A stretch of 62,911 nt of DNA, filler included, from Intoshia linei (lineage: Eukaryota; Animalia; Orthonectida), in the NCBI GenBank assembly GCA_001642005.1. It is 5 parts of 5 records of this genome, joined end to end, with 100 filler letters (N's around TTAATTAATTAA, not from the genome) between each part and the next. Parts side by side here need not be neighbours in the genome. Positions count along the whole stretch, not along the records: positions 45,900 to 57,327 come from LWCA01001190.1; positions 57,428 to 62,911 come from LWCA01001772.1; 3 more parts are not named here. One strand, given 5' to 3'. The notes under the pieces were generated by a model. It searched no databases and was not told the origin of the DNA. It was given only the letters and a program-made list of their open reading frames with translations. Positions 52,196 through 62,911 of this stretch are shown piece after piece. The position numbers and the translations under genes are program-made. Numbering within the stretch: position 1 is the stretch's first letter; each line of letters opens with the position of its first letter.

Positions 52196-55100
52196 ATGTC
52201 ACCGGTTTGCAAAGAAGACACTTATCGTGCATTGGAATTGCTGGAGTCGTACTATCGTCAATTGCACAACACAGATGATGCAGATTTGAAGGAAGCAATC
52301 GAAACAGTTATCCGCACCTTTAAAAGTGAGTTATTTAAAACTTTGTTGGAAATTCAAGAATATTATGAAAAAACGTTAATGAACAAGGATATGTCAAAGG
52401 AAGAAAAAACAATAGAATCCATGAAACTTTTGGATAAACATTGTACAAACAGTGAAACATATGAAACATGTCAAAAAGAAAATTCGTATGGCAGGGCTGG
52501 CGAACCTATAAACAATGTAAGTAATGGGGTTAATCGTGATACACACAGACAGGTAGATTACGAACAATGGAAAGTCGTTAACGTAACTTTACGACGCTCG
52601 GAAACGGGTTTTGGTTTTACAATTGCTGGCGGGGTGGATAGTATGCATATCCCGCATGATAGTGGAATATTTGTGGCTAGTCTCATTGAAGGAGGAGCTG
52701 CAATGCAAGATGGCCGATTACAAGTAAATGACGTTATTATGCATGTTAACAATACCAATTTGAATGAAATCACTCATGAAATTGCCGTTGAGGCTCTCAG
52801 AAATGCAGGAAATCAGATTAAATTAAAAGTTCGCCGTCGCATCGAATATCCTCAAACTGTTAAAATTTGCCTGTACAGAGGGAAAATGAATCTTGGATTC
52901 AGTATAGCCGGAGGAAGTGATCAAGAGCATTATCCCGGTGATCCATCTATATACATTACCAAAATAATCCCCAACGGCGTGGCTGAATTGGATAATAGAC
53001 TAGCTGTCAATGATTGTATAACTTCAGTCAATAATATAGATTTAACCAATGTTACTCACCGAGAATCCATTGAAGCTTTGCGGTCTTCCAATATTGATCC
53101 CATCATTTTATATGTTAAAAAATATTCTCAAGATGGATATAAAAATGTAGATGACGCTGATGACAATCATATCGAAAATAATGTTTTTTCTAATGAATCT
53201 CAAAATGTGTATTCTGGAAACGATTCACAAATTGCTTCAAAATATTCCTTTAATGATCAAAATGAATCGATTGAGCCCATGCAATTCAGTGATGCTAATT
53301 ATGATACCCAACAGGTTTTATCGACTAGATCTGAACAGTATTTTACCAAAGAAATTGAAAATAATGACAGTCCAGATAAAATCGCTAGATCTGATTCTAT
53401 TACAGTTAATATGGACAATGACATTTCAAGGTGATTTAATATTCAGTGTTTTTCAAAAAATTTACATTTATAATTTCCGTCAATTTTACACAAATAATCT
53501 TTCAAAACGAATTGAGCTTTAATTTTACGGAAACCCACAATAGGGTTTTAATGTTATCGGTGTATTTTTAACAATTCTTAACAATCTATACATATCTTAT
53601 TATTGGTTAAATTTCCGAACTGATTTTAGCATATACACTTTGATAACTTATTTTTTATTTATTTTTTGCAGTAATGTATCGTTTTGAAGGTGAATAAGTT
53701 AAATACAATGTATGTTCAAAATTTTAATGTTAGAAATTAAAATTCAAATCGATAAGCTTTTTATTTGTTATACATTTGATGTAGTAACTCCTAATCGACA
53801 TAATTTTAAGTGGTTTTAAATAATTCAAGTAATATTACTGCATCACTTCACAAAAATGTTTTTATAATTTAATACTTCCACAATGTTTAATATCCTTACT
53901 TATTGGGACATAAAACGGTTTGTTTGTGTGTTATCGTTTATTTCAATAACTACGAGTCTTAGAATTATATAAAGTCTACATTTCTATTACAGTTTTTTAC
54001 GGGTAAAAGTAAGATAAATTTCAACTTCCGAAAATCACATATTACTGGTCAAAAACCCCAATTATCCTTTTTTTTAATATCAAACGAGTTCGAGAATTTA
54101 AAAAAATATACACTGATACAGAATTTAAATTTAAATTTAAAAATTTAGTAATTTCTTGTTTAGACATTTTTAAAAAATTATAAAGTGTTAAACGATTCAT
54201 AAACTATAATTATATTTATAATCCGTGGTAACTATAAAATTATTTTTTTAACCCTGATACTCCCAGTGTAACCATATGGTCACACATTACAATTATAAAA
54301 ACACATATCAAATTGAAACAGAGTTAATTAGTATATTATATAATATTCGAGTTTATTAATTATGGTTTTCACCGATTAGCCTCCTGTGTCACTGAAAGTG
54401 GGCCAAAATGATTTTTCAAAGCAAAAAAAAATTCACTGAAAATTTTTTTTATATTTTTCTTGTTAAAGTTGTGATAACTGAATTTAATGAATATCATATG
54501 ATGAATTCATGTATTGGCTACAATTTGATGAAATAATTAGGTATATTGACATGCGGTTTTATATATACACGCTTTTATTTGCCTTATTCTCCCAATGTGA
54601 ACATATGGAATGTGAAATAACTCCATAACTACAATTGGTAATTACCTAAAATTATATATGGTGAAAAATAGGCAAGTATGTATTAACTTCCCAAATTTTT
54701 GGAACAATCGAAGCCAAAAAATTTGTCTGGGAGTTTTAGGGTAATAGTAGTAATAATAGCTCCAATAGTATCTTTAATTTGTTTACGTCTCTTTCTTGTA
54801 AGCTTAAATTGAAGGTAAGGTGAAATTTCTTATTGGATTTATTGAAATAAAAACTTTAATATGATGGGACAATTCAAAAAATCTTTGAAGTAGTTAACCA
54901 AATGACAACCAATTGATTACGAGAGTTTCTCATTTCTTTGCATAACATGAAAAATACGGGCATTTAATGAACGAGATTTAATCAAATTTACAATGCTTAC
55001 TACTTCTTCTAGTATGATTTTTAAATATCAAATATAATTATGCATTTAACTTATATTACAAAAAAAATAATTATATTTTTCATAAAATATTTCTCGCACT

Positions 55101-56206
55101 TCCAGGAAAATTCTACGGACCCAAGGGTCCGCAAACCCCAGTTTAAGAAACACTGCTATGTATAATTTTGATTGTTAAAAATTAGTAATATTCGTGATGA
55201 CTTTTAAATTGTATTAATTAAATTAAAGTGGACACCAGGGTCGATATGAACCAATTTGACAATTTATAGGATAATATTACTATTATTTTCATTTGTTTGT
55301 ATTATTATTTTGAAATATTGAATAAAGTGTAAATTTTAGATCACCAAGAAAAGTAGTATTGCACCGTAAGTCGGACGAGCCAAGTTTAGGGTTTAATATA
55401 GTTGGTGGTGACAATAATAGTGGAATTTTTATATCATATATCACTGTCGGTGGTCTAGCTGCACAAAATGGAGGAATTTACAAAGGAGACACAATTTTAT
55501 CCGTATATTAATGCTTAACCTTTTAAATAGTAATATATCATAGGTTAATGGAACAGATTTAACTGAGGTAAATCATGAGCAAGCAGTTCTGATCTTAAAA
55601 AATTGTGATGGTTCAAATATTGAATTTATACTTGAATATTCCCCTGAAGGTATAATTAATTTTTATTAATGTTACACAATACACCTAATCAATGTAATGT
55701 ATTGATTTAATTGTAAATCTTGGTGCACGTTGTATATAATTTAACTCTATTTGTAGAATTGAAACGATACAATACTTCCATTTTTGAAAACAATATTTTC
55801 ATTAACCAAAATATTCGTCTTCCCAGTACAACTGAATCTATTGTTTCTAGTAAAATGATTAAAAAGCAAATTTTATATGTTAGGTAGTTTTATCTTTGAC
55901 GTGTGTTAATTTCTTAAATTCAATAGAACTCAATTCGATTATGATCCTAGTAAAGATTCAGGATTGCCTGGCCGTGGTTTGCAGTTTTCGTATGGAAATA
56001 TTTTGAAAGTTATCAATTCGGGAGATGAAGAATGGTGGAAAGCTAAACTTTTATTTGTAGAAAACGAACAAATTGGTATCATACCTGGTATCAAAAGGTA
56101 CAAGGTAGATTTATAAACATTTTAATTTTGATTTAGAGTTATTAAACGCGAAAAACTACGTCTTAGAAATGTCAAATTCAACAATAGTACTCAATCTAAT
56201 ATTAAG
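52196..56206 (+). CDS. dlg1: Discs large MAGUK (L27-PDZ1-PDZ2-PDZ3-SH3); 3' HOOK/GUK part missing before the gap
   Basis: The L27 reads '[34 protein letters not shown]'. The PDZs read 'GFGFTIAGG', 'LGFSIAGG' and 'LGFNIVGG'. The SH3 reads '[34 protein letters not shown]'. Confidence 0.96.
53920..54125 (+). repeat. Dispersed repeat family copy in a Dlg intron
   Basis: It is the reverse complement of about 6180-6370 ('tttcaataactac.agtcttagaatt.tataaagtc..catt'). Confidence 0.7.
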
Positions 56207-57327
56207 GTTTATCATCATGAAATTATTTTAAAAATGTATTGTTTATGATACAATGTCTTTCAGGTCATATGACTGTTATTTATGGAAATTATAGTAATTA
56301 ATAACTCTTGTTTGTTTTTGGAAATTTTTATTTTGAAATACTCAATCAATATAAAAATATGAGTTTAGACAGGTACAGGGATTCCCAGTGGAAACTTCCC
56401 ACACTTTTTTCACGTCGGAGCAGTAAATGATTCTAAAAGTTACCGCGGACTATTACTAGGCAAAATTTAAAAAATTTTGATAAAAAAAGTAGTCCATTGA
56501 TTTTTAATTAGTAAAGGATTTTTTCGCGAACCGGCATTTGGGAAACGCTGGACAAGTAATTTTATTCTATTCCAAAATTTATCATAAATTTTGAAATGGA
56601 CTTATTTTAATGCATTATATTTTTTAGGTGATATGTTAAAGTACAAATGTATTTATTTAAATCGATATTATTTTAAAAAATGTGTTAATTAATTGATTCA
56701 ATACAAAATATTGTACATTTTAAATAATACAGACTACAGTACAGACATACAGTATGTATATTAGGGCTGTTCATTTTTTACAAAATTTTTGATTCGAAAA
56801 AAATCCACCTCCTACCTTGAAGAGGGTACTTTAAAACCCATAAAAATAAAATTTTAGAAAAAATGACCATATAAATGTGTATTTTGGAATTTTTAAGTTT
56901 TAGTGCACTTTTTCCCCTTTTTCTTAATCCCATGTTGAAATTCAGTTATTAACGTTTTAAACACATTTTAATGAAAAAAAGTAATATGAACTCTCTAGAA
57001 GCCGAGCTAAAAAATTGAACTGTGTTTGTTCTAATCGATTAATTTTTATAATTTTTGTATGACGATATGTAAAATGTTATGCAGATTCGAGGCAATTGAG
57101 TGTAGGTTTTTTTTTATTATTAGTTTCTTCGTTTTAATTAATTAAAATCAGGAAAAAAAACGAGAATACTTTATCTTGAAAAAATTACGATAAATCATGG
57201 AAACAATAGTTTTTAAAATTTTAAATATTTATTTTGTTTCAATGTCAACAATATTACGGTCGACAAATTTTTATACATATCCCAGAGATCTCTCACAAAT
57301 TTCATTTGTAACATCCACATTGATAGG

Positions 57328-57427
57328 NNNNNNNNNNNNNNNNNNNNNNNNNNNNNNNNNNNNNNNNNNNNTTAATTAATTAANNNNNNNNNNNNNNNNN
57401 NNNNNNNNNNNNNNNNNNNNNNNNNNN
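57328..57427. other. Assembly gap linker
   Basis: N run with TTAATTAATTAA. Confidence 0.97.
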
Positions 57428-58491
57428 GATTGTTCTTTTTTGTTTATATACATGTTATTGTCGCGTAAGGGTTAATAACTTTTAAATTTATGATAATTCA
57501 CAATTAATCCAAATTTCAAAAATATATTAATTAAATATCAAATAATAAATAAAATTAATGTTAACGATTCTAATTTAATTTTAAAATTTTTCTTAAATCT
57601 ATGGCTTCCCTCAGACTCTGTAGGGTTACCTGGTGGGGCCAACCCCCATCATTTGGGAAACACTAAACTAGAGTAAGCTGCATCAGAATTATCTCTGTTT
57701 TTAATTCTAGTATAAATACTTATTTTTTATTTTTTTATTTTATTTATGTCTATCAAATACTTTCTCAAAAAAAGAGTATATATTATATCGTAAAATACTT
57801 TTTTGACGGTGAAGGGTTCACTTGGTTCTGTTAAAAATTTTTATATGTGTTAACTAAAAAAAACTGTATTATATGTGCTTTTTTTAAAACTCCTAAAACT
57901 CACTTTTTTTTAAAAAAATGGGTAGTTTGAATTTTTGATTCTGAAAGACTTAATTTCAGTAAATTTAAATATCGATAAAACCTCACTCTCGAAAATTAGT
58001 ATTAAAAATTTGTATTTTTAAAACTTTTTACCTCTTACTTTCTTAAATAAACTGGAAGAAACAAAAAAGACACATTTGTGGTGATATTACTTTATGTAAG
58101 AAGATACAATGTATAAGACGTGGACCAGATATAAAAAAGGAAAATATGAAGATAACACTTCGATAGAACTCTAATTTTTCCTAATTAAGTTTTAAACAAT
58201 GTATTTATATTATCATAAATTATGAATCATAACTTATGAAACATAACAGTCAAGTCCAGACGCATGAAGAGGTAGCTAGGGCTGTATACCATGACCACTA
58301 CGTTGTCATTACAAAATTTAACAAAAATGATAATTAATGATATTTTTGTTGAAATACAGGTTTATGATGGTGTTTATTTAATTGAATTTTGGCTTATTTG
58401 GTCAATTATGATTATTAAACGTAAACGTAATAATATTGAAAAGTTTAATGCATATAATATTGTATAATGTAAATACAATTAATATAATCTT

Positions 58492-61400
58492 CTAATTTCC
58501 AACCGAAACATTACTTGAATCTACTCTATTTAAAATGGCAGATACTTCTGCTAAAGGTGAGGAACTATCTGGTTGAATCGGGCGCAACTTGTTTCCTTTG
58601 ATATAAGTTTCAAATACTTGACTATTTTTTGAATCAATCTAAAAATTTATAAATTTTTTATAGTCAAAACTACTATGTATATTTTACCGATTTGTAACAT
58701 TTTTTGACAAGGCCTCCTTGATATATAGTGACACCTTCATTTGGTTCCATTAATTCATTCTTAAAAATAAATTAATTAAAATAATATGCATTAATAATAT
58801 TGATATTTACATATGCAGTCATGCGTAAATGATTAAATTAACCAGCCCATGCAATAGTTTATTTTCCTATATTTTGATTTTATTTTATTCTGTGTAATTC
58901 GACGTTTATTTAATTGTAAAATTAAAATTTAATTTAAAATCCCCGAAAATACTTTAGTTGTTTATAACATTTTAGAAACTAAAATTTTAGTTATACCACC
59001 AACGACGTCATCGAAATAATGTACATAGAACGATGTAGTGAGATAATTTAAAATACTAAATTTCTAACAATAAGTTTATGCAAATATAATTATATTTATT
59101 AACATTAACATGGACTATGTAAATGAAATTTTGGTTCATGATATTTATTCTGTCTGAGACTTAGTGAAAATACGCTTTAACCAGGAAGATGCAAATTAAA
59201 TGATAAACCACTGCATAAAAAACTCACATAATTTTTTCTTATCTTTTCATTGTCTGAAATATTCATTTTACATTAATTTTACGTTAATTTAAACTTGATG
59301 ATAATGCAAATTATATTTTTATATTGCCACTACATAAATATACTAAATTGCAATGATTACAATTCATTGCCATCATATGGTGCTTTTTTGTCGGAACAAA
59401 ATATCTTTAGTCTAGAAAAACCTTTAATACCGTATGATTTTCTAAAGTCTCAATTTTTTGTAAATAAATGGTTACAAACACACTACATTGTCTTATCTAT
59501 AAGTAATAAACTAAGTTGATAAAATATTTTACCATTAACGATTTCTTGATTTCTCGTTCACTAAACGTTTGATATTCTATATAAATTAAATTAAATTAAA
59601 TTCGATATTAATTGTACTACTTGTGTGATCATCAATTTCTTCGTCACTGCTAATATTGTTATTTTTTGATTTATACAAAGATGTTTTTAATGGTGATTGA
59701 ATAACACGATGCCGCAATTTTATTCTAAACATTTTTTATTTTTTTATATTTTACTTGTATGTTATGTCAGTACGTTAATAATTATTTATATATATCAATT
59801 CTATTTATAATATATGGAGTGGTATATATTTTTATCTTAAAAATGCCATGGTGTTACAATGTAATGTTTATGTTACCGTAAATTTAGAGAACCATTATAT
59901 TATTATTTTTAAACAAAAGGGAAAATTGGTTTTTGACTTTGAAGGACTCAAATATAAAAATCTGAAACTAAAAAATAGATATAAACACGTCCTGAGAAAA
60001 CTGTATTATAAATTGGGTTTGTTTAAATTCTAAGACTGTTTATTTTATAACTAAACGGTAACAAACACACAGACAAACTTTCAATTTTATGAAAGTAAAG
60101 AGTACATTTGATTCCTACGAAACTATTACAATTTTAAAATGTTCTCATTAGTCAAAAAGGTGATGACCGGTTGTGTATATGATAAATTACAAATTGGTTG
60201 GAAGACGTTTTATATTGATTGGTTTAGTCCAAATTACACTGCCATAAGCATCATATTTAAATTTTTTGTTTTTGGTTTGCTTCAAAACATCTCTCTAAAA
60301 ATAATGTAATTTGTATTATTTGAATAATATAAAACAGTGTTTATCAAATGTCTGTGTATCGCATATTTATTTGGTTTTATTTTCTTTTGACCCAAGGTAA
60401 TAAAAAATATTTTTTCAAATATTGTGAATAAAGATCGACGGAAATTATCCACTAATTCAAATCATATCCATGGCGGTGATATTACAAAACGTGTTGTAAG
60501 GTCCGTAGAGAAGGGTATATAACTGGGCTATTATTCTAAATTAATAAGCCATGTTAGAAACTTTTTTTATTCCAACAGGGTAGAGCTCAAAGAAAAGTTT
60601 GCCAACCACTGGATTAAACAATAAATAGAAAAACAGAAAATGTCCACCGGGACCAGCCCGCAGTCGGTAGACTCTACAATGTTCTCCATAAGCAACAAAA
60701 CATTGATCCTCTATAAAACATTCCAAATAATTCAACTGATCAAATGTGACCCGCGGATTGCTAACAGATGCAATATAACATATTTGAAAATTTAAATTAC
60801 GCTTAATAAAGGTTTGACGGCTAAAGGTTGTTTTAATTCATTCGTGTCCATAGTCTTGTAAGAAATGATTGATTTTTCTTTCAGACAGAAAGGTTTAGGG
60901 TGAACAAGTTTTTTATATTGAATTGGTTTAATTTCTCCAATTATATCAGACTTTTTCCGTGATTCACGAGATGGAGTTTTGGTAGTAACTTTAATAGATT
61001 GTCTTTGATTTACTTTTTTTAAAAATGAATTGATTCTTTTAGCGTCAGCGTCTATATCTTCATAGCTTGGAATGTCTCTATCTAAAATAAATAAAAATTT
61101 AACATTTTATTACGCTATTTTTCTGTAGTTTACATTATTTTTATCCAGAGTAATTAATTCTAAATTCCCAGTTGCTAAATTGTCAATTTCACACGTATCA
61201 GGCTCTAGATTTTTACATTTTATACTTTATGGTAAAATTTACATCAAAATTAATAATTTAAGATTAATATTGATGGGCACCCTTATCCTATATATCAGTG
61301 ATTCCTAACCTGTGGGTATTTACCCACGAGTGGTTAATTTTATATTTTTCATGGATAATTGGGAAATTTGTTCTAAAAAATAGGATTTTTTTATTTTTTT

Positions 61401-62710
61401 TGCGTCGCCAGCACAGTAATTTATTATAAAATTAATATAATAATATTAAATAATAATAAAATGTAATCATGTGATAAATGAATGTTTTACTTATATAAAA
61501 TTGAATGTCTGTGTGTGTATGGTACTGTTTATTTTTTAAATAAACAGTCGTAGAATTTAATAAAACCAATTTGTAATACAGTTTTTCGTATATGATGTTT
61601 ATATCTAAGTTTTATTTACCGAAATTTGAGTACTTCAGCGTCAAAAACTATAGTTGCCTTTTTTAAAAAATAAAGTCAACCCAAAAATTTAAAAAAACAT
61701 AAATCTGGAATAGTTATTAAAATCATAACATTATCATGAATGGCAACCTCAAAAAAGTACATTTTCACGATAAAAACTCCAGATTGCCCTTTTTCTAAAA
61801 AATGAAAATAGTCCTAGAATTTTTAAAAAAATTACTGTTGATACAGCTATATTCAGTTAACACACATAAAAAATTTCAATCTGATAAAGTGACGCCTTCA
61901 CGGTCAAAAAAGCAGTTTAGTATTAATTTTTTTTTATTTGGAAACTATTTTATTATTATCAAAAAAGTAATATTTTGATTACACATGAAAAAATATAAAT
62001 GGTTTTTATCTCATTTTAAGCCGACACGTCGCGGGTCGCGACAGGTCCATAAAGTTAAAAACACAAATTCAAAGTCAGTTTTTTTATGTACAGCAAGTAA
62101 GATAGATTTCACTCTCAGAAATTTGCATCTTTACCGGCAAAAACAAAATTTACTCCCGTTTTTGAAAAATAAAAATTTAAATATTCTTGCTACCTTAATA
62201 TTTTGTAAAATTAGTTTTTTAAAAATTTTAATTAAATTATTAACAAATATAAAAAATCTATATGGCTATTATTCTAAAAACCTGACCTTCCAATATGCCG
62301 TTAAAAAAATATTGTGGGTAATATCAAAATAAGTACTATAAAATGGGTAATGTAGTAAAAAAGATTGGGAAACACTGATATGTATAATAACTGAGATAAT
62401 AATAACCAGTACGTAAAATGTTAGATTAATACAAATTTTTTAATCTAATAATTTTCCCTTTTTTATCACTTCTTTCAAAATTTACTACATTGTAAAATTT
62501 ACAGTGTAAATGAACCGGTGATAAACACTGATTTAAGTAATTATTGAATTTTAAAATTAAATACCAATTTCTTCTTTCCAAGTAACTCCGGTAGTATCTT
62601 CTCCTTCATCAATATTTATGAAGGAAAGCTAAATTCAAAAATCAACAGGCATTTTTTATACCGTTGCAATGCACTGCACTGGTTTTAAACTGACATTTTC
62701 ACGTATCCAT
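58492..62710 (-). CDS. C2orf81/DUF4639-like uncharacterised protein, multi-exon, 5' end outside the window or unresolved
   Basis: Spliced 'SFINIDEGEDTTGVTWKEEI|EPDTCEIDNLATGNL' resembles the family 'FL.RDEGE...W.EDEEP....D.WA.G' motif as I recall it. Late exons read 'MEPNEGVTIYQGGLVKK' and 'LRPIQ..*'. Confidence 0.55.
61296..62377. mobile_element. hAT-type non-autonomous element containing a nested copy of the dispersed repeat (about 61490-61930)
   Basis: Ends CAGTGATTCCTAACCT / AGATTGGGAAACACTG with an imperfect 8-bp flanking duplication (ctatatat/atatgtat). Confidence 0.6.
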
Positions 62711-62911
62711 TATTTTTTTTTTGAAAAAAAAAAATGTAATTTGTGGTAAGATTCGTGATTATGTTAGTGATTTTAAAACTGTCGTAGAATTTATTTTTTT
62801 TAAATTATAAAACTCTTTTCATTAAAAAAATATAAATAATATAAAATTGAATTATAAAAAATATGAAAAATATAATTTCAATAAAAAAAGTTAATTATGT
62901 TCAAAAAGTAT

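Noticed and set aside
61985-62332. 115-aa ORF and similar I/K/N/F-rich ORFs (2789-3217, 20779-21006, 33997-34275, 46003-46305)
   Set aside because: They are AT-bias ORFs within repeats, UTRs or introns, with no motifs.

Overview
AT-rich animal genomic DNA with many tiny (about 30-45 nt) GT-AG introns. It consists of five contigs joined by artificial 100-nt N linkers containing TTAATTAATTAA (27701-27800, 41124-41223, 45800-45899, 57328-57427). The style suggests a compact invertebrate genome such as the orthonectid Intoshia, which is inference only. Recognisable host genes are CNBP-like, PTK7/off-track, SPF45/RBM17, a partial major vault protein, VMP1, a partial Dlg1 and a C2orf81/DUF4639-like gene, plus several orphan secreted or single-pass membrane genes. 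There are many decayed Ty3/Gypsy, Tigger/pogo, Tc1 and hAT elements, MITEs and a dispersed repeat family. The main find is a set of endogenised non-retroviral RNA-virus fragments: (1) a Mononegavirales-like L-protein RdRp core (about 39550-40950); (2) an alpha/virga-like methyltransferase (about 30760-31700) joined to a Gypsy protease; (3) a virga/tobamo-like SF1 helicase (about 50200-50650) antisense in a VMP1 intron; and (4), more tentatively, a virga-like RdRp fragment (about 29380-29896). Three of the four sit co-oriented with TE debris on one 13-kb contig, which resembles an EVE/piRNA-type locus. All calls come from motif recognition by eye and no searches were run. Boundaries of degraded elements are approximate.
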